64,000 bases of DNA from the human T2T-CHM13v2.0 reference genome, Homo sapiens. A model generated the notes under the pieces. It did not search any database, was not told where the DNA came from, and saw only the letters and a program-made list of their open reading frames with translations. This document shows positions 60,640 through 64,000 of the stretch, piece by piece; positions within the stretch are counted from its first letter, which is position 1; each line of letters begins with the position of its first letter. Position numbers and translations under genes: made by a program. The stretch lies in NCBI RefSeq assembly GCF_009914755.1, contig NC_060928.1. One strand, 5' to 3'.

Positions 60640-61730
60640 CAATTTTTTTTTAATGTAAGAATTTAATGCTCTAAATTTTCTTGTAAACAAACATTCCTTT
60701 AGGAGCGCTTCATACATGTTAACATTTTTATTTATTTTTATATGTTTTCTAGTATCTATTTTGGCTTCCACTTTAACTTATTTGGTAGTTAGAAATGTGG
60801 TGTGTAATTTTCAATTATTTTGAGATATTTCAGACATCCTTATGTTATTTAATATTAATTGAATTATGTTGTGGTCTAAGAAAAGACTTTGTAAGATGTT
60901 AATTCTTCCATACTAGTTTCCAACCACCATTTGTATTATGGTGAAGGATATGGACTAGCTCAGTGAAGGTGCCGCATGAACCTGCAAAGAACATACTGTC
61001 GGTTTAGTTCAGTGTGTTCTATCAGTCAATGTTAATTAGCTCAAGGTGGTTAATAATGTCAGTGCCTCAACTTTTTTACTGATCCTTTGTCTATTTTTCC
61101 CCTTCTAATAATGAGAGAAAAGTATCCTTTGAGTATTTACACTTTTTATTCTTATGCTGTTTTGTGAGTGTTTTATTAATTTGAAATATCATCCCGTGTT
61201 GTTGGTAATATTACTTTCTCTGAGTCTATTTTTTGTGAAATTTCAATTTTATTTAGCAATTTCATGTAGCTATTTCAATTTGCTTTTGATTAGGGTGAGT
61301 GTGTTATATCTTTCCACAGTTTTTTCTTTATCCCAAATGTCTTAATACTTTAAGTAAGATTCTTGAGTGCAGCCTGTATTTGAGAGGTTTTTATTTAATT
61401 CAATCAAGTGCTTTCTGTCTTTCATTGAGGTGTTTTCAACATCTATATTTAATGTAATTATACATATGACAGATTTAAATCTACCATTTTTTATTGTATT
61501 CTATTTTTCCTATTTTTTATTACTTTATTTTTTCTGTTGTCTGTCTGCTTTTAAATGGAGAAAATGTTATAATTTAATTGTATTTTTATTATTGTCTTGT
61601 ATTTATATCTCTAATTTTTAAGTGATTGTCCTGGGATTTACATTATAATGGTTTTGAATTGTCTCAGTACTATTTGAAATAACATTATATAACTTCTTAC
61701 TTCTAGCAGAAACCTTTTACAAGTATTTCC
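60640..61730 (-). mobile_element. Decayed old L1 (ORF2 N-terminal region)
   Basis: ttaatgctctaaattttc; gtggtctaagaaaagactttgtaagat; tttatttaattcaatc...ctgtctttcattgaggtgttt. Confidence 0.6.
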
Positions 61731-61799
61731 ATTCTTTCCTCTTTTTTTTTTTTTGTTGTTGTTGTCGTGTGTGTCATTGTGGTCATCAGCACAGCAAAT

Positions 61800-62140
61800 T
61801 AAATCTATCAATAGATTACATGAGTAACACATCATGACCAAATGATGCTCTTCCTGGAATTACAAGGTTGGTTTAACATTCAAAAACCAATCATTTAATT
61901 TCCCATTCTCAACAGACCAGACTAAAAAAGAATAACATTATTTTAATAGACACATAAACATGTTTAACAAAATACAATGTCTAATTATAATAAAAACTCA
62001 GAAAGCTAAGAAACAGAATCAAAGAAAAATCTACAACCCATGCTACACTTAGTGGTACAAGACTGAATTATTTCCTTCTAAAACGAGGAAAAACTGAAGA
62101 TAAAATTCCATTCACTTCTCCTATGAAGCATGATACTCGG
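61800..62140 (+). mobile_element. Old L1 ORF2 RT fragment
   Basis: catcatgaccaaatg...cctggaattacaaggttggtttaacattcaaaaaccaatc (HHDQ..PG.QGWFNI). Confidence 0.75.
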
Positions 62141-62489
62141 TATTATCTTGTAATATCTTCAACTCTTCATTCTACTAAATTGAATTTCTCTTGATTTCAT
62201 TCATTTTTCCCTCTTCTCCATCATGATTGCATGATTGCATTCCAACAAAATAATTTTTTTTCTAAACTTTCACTTTGATTTCCTCTCTGCAGTTATACAT
62301 TCTCACATACAATTATTTATCTAAACATTTAAATTTTCATTCCATTATTTGCTGCTGGGTGTTTCCAAGGCATTGTTTTCATTGCTGGAAACAACATTAT
62401 AAAGGCTTCTTATGAGGAAATATAGTCATTTTCAACTTTCTATTTAGGTGTCACCTTCTCATCAAAAATTTCTATTGACCAATATCCTA

Positions 62490-62720
62490 GATCTCTTTCT
62501 TGGGGAGGCAGAGGGAGATGGTTTAGTGGGAAGAATATTTATTAGAGAAACAAAATCTGTGGAAGGAAGAAGGAAGCAAGCCTGGCCAGAGAGAGAAGTT
62601 GAGCTGCAGTGCTGCCTTGGTTCACTCCACAGGGAGCTCTGGAACTAAAATTACCAATCAGAGTTGCACTGCATCATATGAAAACTTTTAGGCCTTTGTT
62701 TCCCCTATATTATCCCATTT
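62490..62720 (-). mobile_element. ERVL LTR33-like remnant
   Basis: ggaagcaagcctggccagagagagaagttgagctgcagtgc...ccacagggagctctggaact. Confidence 0.6.
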
Positions 62721-62729
62721 ATGCAATAT

Positions 62730-62970
62730 TCTCTAAACGCAAAAACAATTGAGGCAGAAAACAGTCAGTCATTGTCAGGTGCTTGGGGTGGGGCATAGGC
62801 AGGAGAGTGACAAAAAAGTTGCATTAAATAAGTTTTTGAGGTGATGGAAATCTTTGATATCCTGACTCTGTGACAGACTATATGTGTTTGTCAAAATCAT
62901 CAACTTGTGCATCTAAGTAGAATTAATTTCCGAATACCTAATTATTTCTCAATCCACCAGACAAAAAATA
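62730..62970 (+). mobile_element. Old L1 (L1MC/ME) 3' UTR
   Basis: gaggtgatggaaatctttgatatcctgact...tgtgtttgtcaaaatcatcaacttgtgcatctaa...attatttctcaat. Confidence 0.65.
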
Positions 62971-63379
62971 AAACTGAATGAGTTTTAATGACAATATTAA
63001 AATTAATAGACAAACATCTGGCGTACCTAACAAAGAGTGAAGAGAGAAAATTCAGGTATATAGCATTTATAATTAAAAACATATAAAATAGGTTTTTTAA
63101 CACAATCCACACAAATTTGAAAATTCTTTAAAATTTGTTCTTTAAAGTATATATATACGTTTCTGTGTGTGTGTTCATGTGTGTGACTTCATAAGACTAT
63201 CAGAAACTTTCAAAGATAGTAGCAGAAAAAAGTAAAATCTGAATAAATTAATAATAAAGTTAAAAATGCTGTCAAAAACTACTTTCACTAACGATTTTAC
63301 TGATGATTTAGTTTTAAAGAAGAGTTACCTTCTGTGGTCCTGTTTCTTAGACTTTAATATACATTTATACTATTGGATA

Positions 63380-63480
63380 ATTTGGAAAATGCAGATTCTT
63401 TATCACTACATCTTGAATATGGTTGAAGAATCTGTGTTTTAATAAATGCCCAGATAATTTCAGTGTTACTTGTGCTTGAA
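63380..63480. mobile_element. MER5A-like hAT fragment
   Basis: gaaaatgcagattct...agaatctgtgttttaataaatgcccagataatt. Confidence 0.5.
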
Positions 63481-64000
63481 TTTTCTTTCAGTAGCAAAAT
63501 CGTATGATACTTAAAGTGCTTTATATTTAGAAAATGATAATATTTGTAAGAACTTTAAAAACTATCATCACAAGGTGGAACTAAAATCTTAGAAAATTAA
63601 CTTAATCAGTAATTTACCAAAAGAACATACATGTAGACACAGACACACACACACAGACACGTACACATGAGAATTTTTAAAATCAAATTTCCAAAACTGT
63701 TGTAAACATAGCAGCAAAAAAGTAAAGCCTGCTTGAAGAAAACCAGTAAAGCTTATAGTAAACTGTCAAAAATTAAAAGTATGAAAAGATTCTTTTTTTA
63801 TTTGTGGTTGGAAAACTCAATCTTGTTAAGTAGTATCTGCAATTTTATAAAATGATACAAAATATCATCTGAAAGCCTAAAAAATATGGGAATCGAAAGG
63901 CTTAAAGACAGAGAAAACCTGTACAGCTTCAATTGAAGATAACATTTTTAGCATGATAGAAGTGACAAGAAATAGAAGACAGATCAATGTACTGAGAAAA

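Overview
This is AT-rich primate genomic DNA, most likely human or African great ape because it carries an L1PA2-type insertion. It looks intergenic or deep intronic: I found no convincing host protein-coding exon, no RNA gene and no prokaryotic features. It is largely a layered set of transposon fossils: an ERV1 env plus 3' LTR at the left edge, MaLR/ERVL/MER4 LTRs, Hsmar2, three MADE1s, MER1A, MER30, MER2, Tigger1, a Tigger3 derivative, four Alus, old L1M/L2/MIR pieces, a 5'-inverted L1PA7/8, and a full-length minus-strand L1PA2 (33370-39431) with disabled ORF1/ORF2 but an intact antisense ORF0. The most unusual structure is a MADE1 mariner MITE (33055-33356) whose two arms enclose a ~233-bp inverted copy of the L1MA lying ~1 kb to its left. 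The copy shares that L1's apparently private substitutions, has microhomology at the junctions and lacks the AluSc that now interrupts the donor, which points to a datable local templated capture. Other points of interest are a probable L1-processed retrocopy of a MER4 ERV RNA, a 12-bp 3' transduction on the L1PA2 and a close inverted AluY pair. Family names come from remembered consensus sequences, not a database search, and boundaries of old repeats are approximate.
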